Assembly (NCBI GenBank): GCA_965644315.1
Contig: CBFFRQ010000073.1
Location: 1-64,000 of the forward strand
Length of the DNA stretch: 64,000 nucleotides
From: Caecitellus pseudoparvulus
Taxonomy: Eukaryota; Protista; Bigyra: Bicosoecida
Direction of reading: 5' to 3'
How positions within the stretch are numbered: the stretch's first letter is position 1; each line of letters begins with the position of its first letter. This document shows, piece after piece, positions 10,434 to 22,337 of this stretch. The position numbers and the translations under genes were made by a program. The notes beneath the pieces are model-generated. The model was given only the letters and a program-made list of their open reading frames with translations. It was not told the origin of the DNA and searched no databases.

Positions 10434-12238
10434 TCACTGCGACTCGGCAGCCAACGCCTTCAGCTGCTTGTGCGTGTACACGCTGCTTGTGTGCCCGTCG
10501 CTCCACTTGACAGCGAACGCGTAGTTGCCCAGGGGGCGAATGAGAGTCGGCTGCACATCCTCCGGGACGTGCTGGGGCTGCAGCAGCGGCGCACCTGTCA
10601 TCTCATCCACGCAGCCGGCACACTGGCAGGCCAGGCGCAGGTGGCGCGCAGGCAGGGTCCAGGATGCCGCACCCTTCGTCCCCACCTCCTTCAGCGCGAC
10701 ACTGCTGGACCCGGCAGTGTGGGTGAGGAAGTACTGGGCGTTGTCTGTGCCTGCGCCTACTCCCAGTGCGTGCCGGACGCTGTGCACGGTGACAGACTGG
10801 GCCAGGTGTCGATAGGCAGCTGCAACGCGCCCGGCAGGCTCTTGCACCACCATGGGCACTCGATCCGTCGCAGAGGCCGCCAGGGCCGGGTCAATGGGCA
10901 GAGCGTGCAGGGCGGGGATGCCTGCCGTGGCGGCCAGGCTGCCTGGCGGCGGAGTGTGGGCTGCTGCGTCGTACGGCGCAGCGGCGTTGGGCGGCAAGTG
11001 CACTGCCGCTCCCGGCCCCCGCCCAAAAGGGAAGTACACGCGCCCCTCGTCCCCCTCGAACCACGCAAAGTTCTCGACCAGCGCAGAACACGGCACTGAC
11101 AGCGCCTTGAACATGTCCACGCCCTTGATGACGTCAGCCGTCGCCAGGCTGTGTGGCGTTGTGACTACCACAGCTGACGAGAAGGGCAGTTGCTGCCCCA
11201 GGCTGATGTGCACGTCGCCCGTGCCAGGCGGCATGTCCACCACCAAGACGTCCAGCTCGCCCCATCGAGTGCTGCGGAGCAGGGTGTTGATGGCAGCAGA
11301 CACCATGGGCCCGCGCATCACGGCGCCCATGCGCTGCCCTGCTGCGTTTCGCGGCGCCACCCAGCCATACGACATGCACGTCATGCCGTGCGCCGTCACG
11401 GCGTTGTGGCTGCCGTCTGCGCCCTGCAGCACTCGGTCGTCATCGGGAGTCACCAAGTGCGGCAGGCTGGGCCCATGAACATCTGCATCCAGCAACCCCA
11501 CCTTCAAACCTGCTGCCGCCAGCGTCGCAGCGAGGTTCACAGCCACAGTGCTCTTCCCAACGCCGCCCTTGCCGCTGTGCAGGCGCGTTGCAGCGCTTGT
11601 GTGGGCAGTGCAGCGGCAGCTGCGGCGGTGTCGCTGGGGCGTACCTGGTCACAGCCACGGCTTGGCGGATGCGGGTGAGGTGTGGCGCAGACTGCACCTT
11701 GGCCAGGGGCAGGAGGCGAGGTGCCGCGGGCGCCACGGTGAAGTCCAGCGGCACCTCCACGCCAGCCTTGCGCATGCCTGCTGCACACGCGCCTTGAACA
11801 CGCGTTGCCAGCTGTGCACGGTGCGGCGCAGTTGTGTGGGGCGGGGCGCGGACGTGCCGTGCGCGCTTGGTGCCGTCGCACCTCGTCTGCTGCTGGCCAC
11901 AGTGGAGGGGGCGAAAACGTTGCTTTAACAGCCGAGGGTGTCAGTCGGGGTTTCTGCGAAGTGGGTGTGGGCACGGTGGTGGGGAGCCCTGCTTGTGCTC
12001 CGCCAGTGGTCCGCTGAGGCGTGCTCACAGACACCCAGCGAGTGGCGGAAATTGGTACGTCACCCAGCAGCGGTTCGTGGCACTCCTGCAGTTCCGAGTT
12101 CACAGCTGCCTCCAGAGCTGCCTGTGCCTTCAAACTAATGCATCGCATGTGGCCTGCGCTGTTCAGTGCCCACCTCCTCGCCATGGCTCGGCAAGGCCTG
12201 CCCAGCGCCAACCTAGCTTCGCGCAACAGCACCGCCAT
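10434..12238 (-). CDS. HCF101: HCF101-type Fe-S scaffold (DUF59-like N-domain, Mrp/NBP35 ATPase, DUF971/GBBH-like C-domain); multi-exon
   Basis: GKGGVGKSTVAVNLA, GLLDADVHGPS, MRGPMV, WGELDVLVVDMPPGTGD, VEN and C-terminal LRLACQCAGCVDEMTG...GNYAFAVKWSDGH..SVY; Arg-rich presequence-like N-terminus MAVLLREARLALGRPCRAMARRW. Confidence 0.88.
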
Positions 12239-12356
12239 GCCTGTGCGTCTCTGCGCCGCGCCACGCGGCAGGCACCCAATGCGCCCAAACACCAATTGAA
12301 GTGAAGAGTACCTTTCGCGCCTGACTGAAATGTGTCCCGGCCGCTCAGCCACTGCA

Positions 12357-14937
12357 TTACGCTGACCCCCTGTGAGCCTGCCGCGCCTCCCGTGTCGCCT
12401 CGTCGAACAGCTGCACGTGCAGCAGGCGCTCCAAATCCTGTGCCAGGCGCGGCACAGCACCGCCGTCGCCGTCGGCCACCGCGCTGATCTCCGGCAGGCA
12501 CGCCTCCAGGGCATCGAAGGCAGCCACGCACCGCTGCAGGCGGCCATCCACCGCCAGGTCCACCCCGATGCTGGCCGGCTTGGCGCCACGCAGCGTGTCC
12601 CGCAGCAGCGGCGCAAAGGACGACGCCAGCCACCGCAGCGTCTTCAGGGCCACCTTGACGTACTCTTGGAAGTGCCGAGTCAGCATGCCCCGCAGCAGGG
12701 GCACGAGGGCCGTGGCCGACGCCAGGGTGATACCGGCGGCGCCTGGCCGCACCTGCCCCAGGAAGTCCGCAGCCACGGCGTGATCTCCCAACTGCACGAT
12801 GTGTGCGATGGTGCCACTGACGTCCCCGCGGCTCCACATGTCCCCCATCACGCGCAGAGCCTGCAGGCGCTGCGTGAGCTGCTCCGCCAGTGCTGCGTGC
12901 TCCAGCCGCCCCCTGGGCGCCGCCCCAGCCTTGTCGTCGGTGGCGGAGGAGGCGGCAGTGCTGGGGCGGCGCGCAGAGGCGGGGCGTGAGTGCCCCGCCC
13001 GCAGCGCCTTCCGTGCGCGCTCCTGGCCGGATAGCTTGCCTACCGCCGTGGCACCCACCTTGCCGCCGAGGGACGCCACCACCATAGTGGCCCCCAGGCT
13101 GGACTGGGGCGCCTGTGGCAGGAAGGTGGCGAAGTCCAGGCCGATGGGCTTGTCTCCCCGCTGCACAGGCACCAACTGCTTGCCGGCCAGGCGGCCCTGC
13201 AGCAGCCCCTCCAGGCGGCTGGCCGCCCCTGGGTGGCTGGGCAACGCCGGACCTCGATACACCTGCCAACGGCTCTCCCCGCCCTCCTCCTCCTCCTCCT
13301 CCTCCTCGTCTTCCTCCTCTTCCTCCTCGTCTTCTTCCTCCTCGTCCTCGGTGTCAGGCTCCCCTGCAGCCTCGCCATCCCACCCGGAGCTGTGTCCGCC
13401 GCCAGAGCCAGTGGAGGCGGCATCCGCCTCATCCGGGGGGGCGGCATCCTCCCCACTGCCCTCCTTCCCCTCCGAATCCGAGTCACTCTTGCCGCCAGAG
13501 GCGTGTGCAGCGACCCCCAGCCGTCCTGCAGCGGCCGCCGCCGCCGCACTGGCTGCTGCCGCCTGAGCGCGCACCACAGCTGCAGACACCGCAGCCATGC
13601 CGCTGGCCGGAGCGTCCACAGGGGGTGAGGGCGCGGCCTGGGGGACACTCGCCGCCTGTGCTGCGCTGAGGACGGGCGTGCTCTTGCTGGGGTGGGCTTC
13701 TGTGGCAGGCGTGGCGGGGGCGGATCGGCCCGCCGTGTACGGCGCCAAGCTGTGCACATCCAACGCCGCTACCACGGCGTGCTGGCCCTGGGGCGCTGCC
13801 ATGACGGCCGTGTGGCGCTTGTAGGTGGCGCCCGTGGCCGCTTCCACCGCCCGCCGCCGACCCGCCCAAACATCTGTGGGGGCGCCCCATCCCCCCGTCA
13901 CCGTGTCCAGGGGGCTCAGGCGGTGGTCGGGCTGGGCAGAGGGCGACAGGGCCCATGTGCGCGCCACTCCGGCGCCCACGGTGAGGAGGTGCTCGCCCTT
14001 GCCGAGGAAGCGCGGGTGGGCGCCGGCACCGCAGTTTGCGCCAGTTGCCAGGGTGGACTGGTTGTCCAAGCCGAGCACGGCCAGGTCGCCTGACACGCTG
14101 GTGGCGGCAAGGTAGAAGTCTGTCGGGTGGAAAGCTGTGGACACGACAGGGGCGGTGAAGGCCTCCCACTGCAGCAGGCGCTGGCCCTTGGTGAGGTCCC
14201 ACCACGACACGCAGCCGTCCCCCGCCCCCACCATGAGCCAGCGCCCATCAGGCGAGAAGGCCGTACTGGTGACGCCTTCCTTGTGGTCCGCGTACGAGAT
14301 GAAGTTGGCCTTGGTGCGCAGGTCCCACATCTGCACTTCCCCCGTGCTGCTGGCGGTGCTGATGTAGTTGGCGTTGGTGGGGTGCCACTGCACATTGACC
14401 ACGGCTCCCTCCCGGCAGCGCAGGACTCGTGCTGCAGCGCCTTTGCCCAGGTCAAAGACGCGCGCAGACCCAGCAGCTGCGCCACACAGCAAGAATGCCT
14501 CCTTCCTGTCGAATGCCAAGGATGTAATGGAGTCCTTGTGCCCTTCCAAGGCCTGTGCGTTGAAACAAAGAGGCACAGGCGGACGTTGGGAAGGCTGCCT
14601 GGCGTTTCACCCTGCGAAACGCCGGCACACTCACAAGCAAGGCTGCAGGGCGCCCCACACGCCAGAGATTCACCACTCCGTCGTGTCCCCCAGTCGCAAA
14701 CACTTGTGCCTGTTTAGGAACCAAGGCCTCGTGAGTGTCACGCCTTCACGCAGCGTCTGCTCGTCGCTGGTCTCACCTTGGACGAGTGGCCCAACGCCAA
14801 GCACGCCACTCCACTGTCATGTGCAGAGAAGTCATCTGCGTGTAAATCACAAGTGGAGAGCACTGGTCAGGACATGTGCAGTGTGGGAACACTGCGCCAA
14901 ACTCACGAATCACAGAGTGCACTCCAGAAGCCGCCAT
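12357..14937 (-). CDS. KATNB1: Katanin p80 WD40 subunit B1 (WD40 repeats plus con80 domain); multi-exon
   Basis: Small 5' exons give ..DFSAHDSGVACLALGHSSK|..VFATGGHDGVVNLW, followed by WD40 repeats (FSPDGRW, FHPTDFYLA) and con80 motifs KPIGLDFATFLP, LTQRLQALRVMGDMW and IGVDLAVDGRLQRC. Confidence 0.9.
13284..13349 (-). repeat. GAG/GAA trinucleotide tract encoding a poly-Glu/Asp linker in katanin p80
   Basis: (tcc)n/(ttc)n run on the + strand; translates to EDEEEEDEEEEEEDEEEEEEEE. Confidence 0.9.
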
Positions 14938-15280
14938 GACTTGTCAAGCGGTCCAGGCGCAACGTCCCACAAGCCAACTCGGACAGCTTCCAAGCTGGCG
15001 AGTCTACGCCAAAGGTTTAGCCCCCATATGCTGTAAAATGTAGTACCCGAACGCGGTACTTTGTTTGTTTTGCCATAACTCTCTGTTTGTGCGCGGAAAG
15101 GCTGTTCTCTTGTGGCACAAGAAATGACGCGACTGGGCGAGCAGAGAGAACAGTATCCATCGACTCAATGCATTTGTAAATGGGCCCCTACCACAAACAA
15201 GTAGATCATGCATTTTACACATACCACCGTCACATACTGCTACACCCCACGCTGCACTCAGGGTCGCCTCACTTGCGTGG

Positions 15281-17170
15281 TCAGGCTGCGTACTTCCAGC
15301 CGCTCACGGCAGGCAAGGCATCACTCACGAACCCCGCCACAGCGTGGTCCTCGGCGTCCACACCGCTCTCGGAGCTGCTACGCCGGGGGCGACCCCGCCG
15401 CCGCCCGTCATCCCCGCTGCCCACCCTTGGCGTGTCCGAGTCTGACGAGCCGCTCGTGTCGCTCAGAGGTGGCTTAGGCAGAGGCGCACCAGCAAACGTC
15501 TCCACCATGTCTTGCACGTACCCCGTCACGTCAGCCAGGGACGCAGAGGTGTGCACCCTGCTGCGGCCAGGTGTGCCAGGCTCCTGCTCGCAGGTGCCAG
15601 CCTCAGCTGGCACTAGCACACCCTGCCCAGCCAGCTCTTGGGCATACTGCCGCACAGCAGCCACAAGACGGCGAGGAGTTCGCTTGAGCTTGGGCACGTG
15701 GGCGCCAAAGCGGGTCTGCATGGCAGTGGGGTCCGCAGCAGAGGCGGCGCCCGGCGCGTGGCTGTGCAGGAAAGCCAGCAATGACTCGAACGCACGGGCA
15801 GGGCTGGCAGCGCCGCGTGCCCACTTGAAATCCAAGTGGCTGTAGTTCGGCTCAAAGAAGACGTAAGCTGAGGGTGGGAGCAGCTTGAGGGTGCGCACAG
15901 TGTCCACAACAGTGTCCCGGCCACCCAGAAACACGGCGGTGGGCACAGTCAAGTGCGAAACGTCGTAGCGAGGGGAAACGCCGCGCGTGCCGGGGTCAGT
16001 GTACATCTGGAACTGGCGCGCTCGGATGATTTGAAACCAGTGCACGACAGCCTTGACAGAGCAGTAGGAGTAGATGTGGGCGAAGGACACGAGGCGGTCT
16101 GTGTACGTCATGTTGCGGGACATGTCCCAGCCGAAGAGAAACACGAGGGACTGGTTGATGAGCCACATGAAGCGGCGCGGCGACAGCATGCGCCGCCACG
16201 TCTCCGACATGGACAACATCACACCCCGCCCAAAGAGCAAGTACAGGAAGTTCTCGTCACTCTCCACGAGGCTGGACAGGGCGGACGCGGCGAGACCCCG
16301 CACACCCACTGCCGCTGCCAGCGCACCGAACGCCACGACCCGGTCAGCCAAGGACGGGTCTGCTGCCAGGGCCGCGAACATCTGTGCAGTGCCCTGGGAG
16401 AAGCCCACGTATGCCAGCTTAGGCTGCTGTGTGACGTGCAGGATGCCAGCCACCATGGCCGGCACGTCGAAGCGGGCCATGTCGTCCAGCGAGAAGTTCC
16501 AGTACTCGGCGCTGTCGGGGGCGTGGTGCAGATGCTTGCACGAGTACTTGTTGCCACGGTTGTTGCCGATGAACACGTCGAAGCCCGCTGCGAGGGCGTG
16601 GCAGGGGCAGGGGTTGCGAGGCCAGCTTGCAACGGCTGGTCGCGGGGCGTCTCCTCACCTTCCACCAACAGGACAGGCAGACTGCGGCTGCCTGTCGTCA
16701 GCCATGCTTCACTGTCCTGCATGAGGCCATGTTGCAGCAGGAGGGGGGTGCGTGCAGCGCCCTGGGCTGGGCCTGCTCGAGGCAGCACGCGGTGCAGCAC
16801 CAGCACAAAGCCGTCGTCCGTCGTGACCAGGTGCTCCTCGCACTGCAGGCCCAGGTGCCGCACGAGGGCTGGGGTGTCCATCGTGTGCACGGAGGCACCA
16901 CCCTCCTCGTCCATACCCAGATGCAGGGAGAAGTTCTCCCGGATCTTCTTCACTCGCATGAAGGTCCAATCTGAACGGGGCGCACCGCTGCGGTAATTGG
17001 CTTACTCAGCACGGGCGTGCCACCTGGCCGCACGCACCGAGCAGGCCCCTGAAGGGGAACCAGGTATACGTGAAGAAAACAGCAGTCTGCACTGCGTACA
17101 TAAGGCTTGCTGCAAGAACCAGCGACAGGAGCCGGACATAGTCCAGCGCGCCCAATGCCTGCAGAGCCAT
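15281..17170 (-). CDS. Acid lipase/sterol esterase family (Abhydro_lipase, TGL1/YEH-like); multi-exon, start approximate
   Basis: EEHLVTTDDGFVLVLHR, LLQHGLMQDSEAW, GFDVFIGNNRGNKYSCKH, WNFSLDDMARFDVPA, GFSQG nucleophile elbow, YSHLDFKW; hydrophobic N-terminal segment. Confidence 0.9.
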
Positions 17171-17781
17171 CGCGAGCAGTCTTGACAGCAGAACCAAGCG
17201 AAGCGAGGCTCTTGCCTGGCATCTCCGAGGCGTGCAACGTTGGAGACAACAAAGTTCTTCCCATTTTTATCTTGCCCCGCTTGATTTGGGCTAAGCATTT
17301 GACTGGGCGCTGGCATCGGGGTGCCCGTGGGTTTGCCCATCGCCAAGGGCCGGCACTGGTCCCTGAAGCCTCTGGCACCACCGGCCTGCAGCGGTGCCTT
17401 GCAAAGCACTGCCCGCGATACTTGCAAACCACCCATCTCTCTCCACCGGCCCTGTACCTGCGACAGTTCGCGCTGCCGCACGTCCAGGGGAGCCGCCAAT
17501 CACGCGCTAGCTTGGCCGAAACGAGGTGCCCGTCTTGCACACCGAGCGTCCCTGCGCTCGAGCAGTGCAGCGCCGTGACAGGTCTTGGCAGCGCGTAGCC
17601 TGGAGGCAGAGCACCTTACCTGCCCTTACTCAGCGCCTCCCTGCACTGGACGCCCTCTTGGAGCCCCCTTCCAGCGAGCCGGCCGCTGACGTGTGGAGCA
17701 AGAGGTGCCGCAAGCGACGAGCCGAGTGTACGGTGGCCAAACGTCGGTGAAACGACGAACTCGAAGCTCCCCTCGGCAAGA

Positions 17782-20691
17782 ATGGCAGCAGCAGTAGAGT
17801 CTAAAGCGATTAAAGTCCTGGCAGCCCCGGCTGCCACCACCCCGCGCACCCAGAGCGTAGGCTGCTGCCAGAGGGTCAGCGGCTACCCGCTCACGTGGGT
17901 GACGGGTCTTGCCGTGCTCGCGGGCTCTCTGGCGGCCTACATGAGCGCTTTCGCTGGGCAATCGGAGGGGGGCAGCGGTGACGCCGACCTTGGAAGCATT
18001 GACACCATTTCCCACGAGGTGACGCAGGCGGTGGCGCTCATTTCAATCATGTTGTCCGTGGCCATCCTCATGCTGGCGCTCCTGCTGCTGCGGAAGACCC
18101 TCCTCCGCATGTGCTCCGGCAGCCAAGCCGGGCGAGGGGCGTGCTGCTCGCGACTCATGGCACCCCGGTCGGGCGTCTTTGCGTGGTTGCGGGGCGAGTT
18201 GCAGGGCACTCCTGATTCCAGCCTGCTGGCTGAGCTTTTAGGCCTTTTCTGGCTGCTGATGGGCGTGCACAGCATGATCTGCGGAGTGCTGCTGGCGCTC
18301 CCCAGCAGCCGGCCCACGGCCCTCACCTCCTTCATGGCTTGGCGGTTCATCTTTGGCTCCAATGCGAACTCCTTGATGTACCCGCTTGGGATGGTCTTCC
18401 TGCACTATGCAGATGCTGCTGCCATCGACATATACGGCACGAGTTCCACAACCCGCGTCAGGCGGTGGCTTTCCTCTTCGTTGCAGGCGTGCATGACGCC
18501 GACGGCAGCCGAGGGAGTGATAGATGCCATCACTCACTGGGGTGTTGTCTTGTTGAACTGGTTCCTCAGCAAGATCGCCGGCGTCTATGGCCCGCCGTGC
18601 ACGTCAGGTTTGCTGGATGATGCATCGCTTGGTTGCCGCGTTGCACCGCTCTTGTTCTGGCTCACAATCGTCGGCGGCAGCTTGCAGGCACTCCTGCGAG
18701 TGCTCACTCTGCGCAGCACCATTCTGAATACCGCACTTTCCCGCGTGGGGCCCACCCTCGTGGCGGGCATCCTCCTCCCGGCAGTTATTTTGGGGCCGTT
18801 CTTGCCACCCCACGTCTGGACAGTTCCTCAGAACTGGACCATCGGCATCTTCTCAGGGCTCATCGTGCCGGCCATCATCTACGTTTCCTCCCTCTTCCAA
18901 GACTTGTCCAAGGTGGGCAGCTTGACGCGCTTTCTGCGGTACATGTCGCACGAAGTGAGGGTTCCGGCCAACGCCGCAGTGCTGGCTGTGGACGAGATTT
19001 TGGGCGAGCTGCAGGGCAGCCGCGCCGCGTCTCCCAGCGGACCAAGCAGTCTTGCTGCAGCGAATTTGGCCACCACCCCCGTCAGCGAGCCGCGAGTGGA
19101 GCGATCGGAGAGCAAGGGGCACCGCGCTGGTCACGGGTTGCGTTCCTTGCCTGGCAGTGACAGCATGGAGCTTCCCCGCGCAGGCAGCCTCGCATCTACA
19201 CCCGGAATGGCAGGTGAGGGAGGAACCCACAGCATTGCCAGCGACGGGTCTGCAGGCGAAGCCAAGGTGTATGAGCCGCCCGTCGAGTCCCCAGGGCACC
19301 GTGGTGCCTGGCGCCAGTCCAAGCCACTGATTCTCCCCCCCATCCGCACCACCCCCCCACCAGCTTCTCTCTTGGCGAGTGATAAGACAGCTGCACTGGA
19401 GGACGCCTTGCTGGGCCCTGCAGTGGATGCCCGCTCCGCTCTCATGCATATGAAGGGGCTGCTGGATCGGACGCTGGACTTGGCCAAGCTTGAGGCAGGG
19501 CTGGCAGGGCTGGACATGATGCGTTTCAACTTCACGGAGCTGTGCACGTCAATAGGTTCTGCCCTGGCTCCTGCATTCCGCTTGTCTGGTGTGAGCCTGG
19601 ACTGGCGCCTGCAGGGCACCGGGCAGGGCGACGTGTGGCTGGAGGCGGATGCGCTCCGCCTGCAGCAGGCCCTCACGAACATCCTGCAAAACGGCGCAAA
19701 GTACGCTGGGCGGGGCAACCGCGTCACCGTGACGGGTTTTCTGGTGGACAGACGCGCAGCGGTGCAGGCGTCGCCCAGTGCTGGCGGGGTGGCAGTGGAC
19801 GTGGACGACTCGACTGGCGCAGGCCTCCCGGGGGCCGGCAGCGCGAAGGCGAGTGGGTGTTCCTGGATGCCGACACCCTGCCACTCATGCTGCATCTGTG
19901 GGCAGGGTGTGGATGAGGCATTAGCTACAGGGCAGCAGGCAAAGCTTGTTCTGCGCATCGTGGACACCGGCCGGGGCATGACGCCCCAGGAGCAGGCCAG
20001 CATCTTCACGCCCTTCTCCCGCCTGCACACGGCAGAGGAGGGCACGGGACTGGGCCTGAACATTGCCAAGAAAGCCATGCAGGCTCACGGCGGTGACGTG
20101 CTCGTCTGGAGTGCGGGGCGGGGACGCGGCACGACATTCACTGTCTCGGCCGTGGTGGGCTTGGCGCACCCTGTCCAGGCGGGGGAGGAAGCCGCTGCAG
20201 ATGCGAACCCTCTTGCACGCTCTGACAGCACATCTGACGTGGGGGGCGGTGCCGGCCCTGCTGCACCGCCTGGCTTGGGCTTGCATGTGCTGGTGGTGGA
20301 CGATGACACAGCCACTCGGCGCATCGTGTCGCGCCTGGTGCGCCGGCTCCCAGGTGTGGCCACAGTGGCATGTGCCAGCGATGGGCGGGAGGCAGTGTCG
20401 GCCGTGCTGGGGGATGACGCGGGGCCCATGCCGCACCTCATCACGCTGGACAACTCCATGCCACGCCTGACGGGGGAGGAGGCTGCGCTGGAGCTGCGCG
20501 CGGGGGGCTTCCAAGGTCTCATTGTGGGCATGACTGGCAACGCCCTGGCGTGCGACCTTGCGTCCTTCCGGGACGCTGGCGCTGATGAAGTTGTCGTGAA
20601 GCCTGTGCGCCGAGTGGACCTCGTGCGTGCTGTGGAGCAGGCGCTGCAGCGCAAGGGGGGCGCACCCCCCCCCGAACTGTCACCAGTGTAG
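17782..20691 (+). CDS. Membrane-bound hybrid sensor histidine kinase (multi-TM sensor, HisKA, HATPase_c, REC); single ORF
   Basis: H-box FLRYMSHEVRVP, N-box LQQALTNILQNGAKY, G1 DTGRGM, F-box IFTPF, G2 GTGLGL, receiver VLVVDDD...LITLDNSMP...MTG...VKP; roughly 8 hydrophobic segments in the N-terminal ~370 aa. Confidence 0.93.
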   Translation: MAAAVESKAIKVLAAPAATTPRTQSVGCCQRVSGYPLTWVTGLAVLAGSLAAYMSAFAGQSEGGSGDADLGSIDTISHEVTQAVALISIMLSVAILMLALLLLRKTLLRMCSGSQAGRGACCSRLMAPRSGVFAWLRGELQGTPDSSLLAELLGLFWLLMGVHSMICGVLLALPSSRPTALTSFMAWRFIFGSNANSLMYPLGMVFLHYADAAAIDIYGTSSTTRVRRWLSSSLQACMTPTAAEGVIDAITHWGVVLLNWFLSKIAGVYGPPCTSGLLDDASLGCRVAPLLFWLTIVGGSLQALLRVLTLRSTILNTALSRVGPTLVAGILLPAVILGPFLPPHVWTVPQNWTIGIFSGLIVPAIIYVSSLFQDLSKVGSLTRFLRYMSHEVRVPANAAVLAVDEILGELQGSRAASPSGPSSLAAANLATTPVSEPRVERSESKGHRAGHGLRSLPGSDSMELPRAGSLASTPGMAGEGGTHSIASDGSAGEAKVYEPPVESPGHRGAWRQSKPLILPPIRTTPPPASLLASDKTAALEDALLGPAVDARSALMHMKGLLDRTLDLAKLEAGLAGLDMMRFNFTELCTSIGSALAPAFRLSGVSLDWRLQGTGQGDVWLEADALRLQQALTNILQNGAKYAGRGNRVTVTGFLVDRRAAVQASPSAGGVAVDVDDSTGAGLPGAGSAKASGCSWMPTPCHSCCICGQGVDEALATGQQAKLVLRIVDTGRGMTPQEQASIFTPFSRLHTAEEGTGLGLNIAKKAMQAHGGDVLVWSAGRGRGTTFTVSAVVGLAHPVQAGEEAAADANPLARSDSTSDVGGGAGPAAPPGLGLHVLVVDDDTATRRIVSRLVRRLPGVATVACASDGREAVSAVLGDDAGPMPHLITLDNSMPRLTGEEAALELRAGGFQGLIVGMTGNALACDLASFRDAGADEVVVKPVRRVDLVRAVEQALQRKGGAPPPELSPV

Positions 20692-20828
20692 AGCCTGGGT
20701 GCTTGCGCCCCGCCCGCAAATGCAGTACGCTTCTGTGGTGCCGTTTTCCCACGCGGAAGGCTCCTACTGGCGCTGTAGAAGCCGCCCGCCTGCGCTTGAG
20801 CACACCGGCCCTGGCAATTACCGCAGGC

Positions 20829-22337
20829 ATGGAGGCGCCCAGCGTAGCTGATGTGGTGGAGGGACTGCGCCGGGAGCCGGCCCGCCTGCGTGAGGAGGAG
20901 GAGGAGATTTCTCGCCAGCTTCGAGAGCTCTCCTTGGAGAAGTCAGCCGTGCACCTGGCTGCTCACAACGCTGACAAGCAGGTGTCGGCGTGTGTGCTGG
21001 AGGTGCACCAGCACCTCTCCGCTGCCACGCAGCAAGCCGCTGCCCTCGCCGCAACACAGACAGATGCGCTGCGCCAAGCAAACACAGCAATGGAAGCAGT
21101 GGCCAGCGTGGGCGACCTGTCAGACCAGCAGTCGACGTTGCACGACGTGTTGGAGCTGCCACAGGTGATGGAGGCGTGTGTGCGGGCTGGCATGGCAGGC
21201 GACGCCGCGAAGCTGGGAGGCGTCGTCCTGCGCCTACACCTGGCGCACGGCGGGCCAGCGGCGCCGGAGTCAGTCCAGCGCCTCCTGGACACTCTCGTGT
21301 CCGACGCTGTGGCTGCGCTGCGGGAGCAGGCTGCACGCCTGCAGCGCGCGCTGCAGCGGGACGCCGCCCTCTCCGCCGCCCTGGACAACGTGGGGCACCT
21401 CAGGGACACGCTGCGCCTCCTGCAGGGTCTGGACGAGGCACAGGAGCCCGACGCAGAGCAGGCAGAGGCTGCCTGCCGTGCCGCCTTCCTCGCAGCAAGG
21501 CAGACTGGCCTCGGGCGTGCAGGGGAGGGGGGCACCGGCGGCAGTGGGCGCCCAGGGGCTGCGTTCCGGCGCCAGACTGACACCTTTGCCCGCGTGGTGC
21601 GGGACACGTGTGCCCAGTACGGCGGCATCTTCCACAGTGGCGCACCGCCCCTGCAAGTGCTGGTGGCGGACACTCCCTTTGCGCAGTGGTTGGAGGGGGT
21701 GGTGCGGGTCTGGGTGGATGACCTCGTGGCAGTCCTGCCCAAGGTGCATTCCAGTGCAGACGTAGCAGCCTTGCAGGAGGCCGCACTTCACGCGTGCGCC
21801 GTGCTGGGCGGCCTGGGCACAGACCCCTCGCCACAGGTGCAGGCGCACTTTCAAGCACACGTAGTGGGTCAGCTAGCGCTGGCGTGGGCGGCAGGCGCTG
21901 AGAGCCTGACCAGCACCATCGCCTCGGCGGCGGCATCGCAGCGGGCTGGGGCCTTGGTGGGCGGCGGGGACTTGAGGGTGGGGGATGCGCCGGACACGGG
22001 CAGCGGGGCGGGGTCGGCTCCCTCCACCTTGGCTGTGCCGACCGAGGCCTTGAGGGTGCCGTGTGTGGGGGCGTTTGCTGCAGCTTGCCAGCGGGCATGG
22101 AAGGAGTGGCGGGCGCTGGTGCCACCAGGGGGCGCCGCCCAAGTCCAGGCTGCGCTGGATCTGTGCTGCGGCAGGGTGGCCAGCGCGTTGCGCACGCTTC
22201 AGCGCAGCGTTGTGCAAGGGGGGGGGGCGCGGGACGTAGAGTGGCGGCACGCCGCGGATGCTGCAGTGCAGGCAGTGAAGTTGGGTGCGTTGCCTGTGTT
22301 GGAGGGCATTGCTGCGGACGTGCAGGGGTGGGCGTGA
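20829..22337 (+). CDS. COG8: Conserved oligomeric Golgi complex subunit 8 (Dor1 family)
   Basis: LRREPARLREEEEEISRQLRELS, LHDVLELPQVMEACVRAG, LDNVGHLR, FLAAR and QYGGIF are Dor1/COG8 motifs. Confidence 0.85.
   Translation: MEAPSVADVVEGLRREPARLREEEEEISRQLRELSLEKSAVHLAAHNADKQVSACVLEVHQHLSAATQQAAALAATQTDALRQANTAMEAVASVGDLSDQQSTLHDVLELPQVMEACVRAGMAGDAAKLGGVVLRLHLAHGGPAAPESVQRLLDTLVSDAVAALREQAARLQRALQRDAALSAALDNVGHLRDTLRLLQGLDEAQEPDAEQAEAACRAAFLAARQTGLGRAGEGGTGGSGRPGAAFRRQTDTFARVVRDTCAQYGGIFHSGAPPLQVLVADTPFAQWLEGVVRVWVDDLVAVLPKVHSSADVAALQEAALHACAVLGGLGTDPSPQVQAHFQAHVVGQLALAWAAGAESLTSTIASAAASQRAGALVGGGDLRVGDAPDTGSGAGSAPSTLAVPTEALRVPCVGAFAAACQRAWKEWRALVPPGGAAQVQAALDLCCGRVASALRTLQRSVVQGGGARDVEWRHAADAAVQAVKLGALPVLEGIAADVQGWA

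Noticed and set aside
17782-20691. Histidine kinase (or the TIR-STAND gene) as bacterial contamination or a chimeric contig
   Set aside because: Both are tightly flanked by typical eukaryotic genes of similar composition and contain eukaryote-style low-complexity inserts; the TIR-STAND gene also carries an SH2 domain. Ancient horizontal transfer is not excluded.
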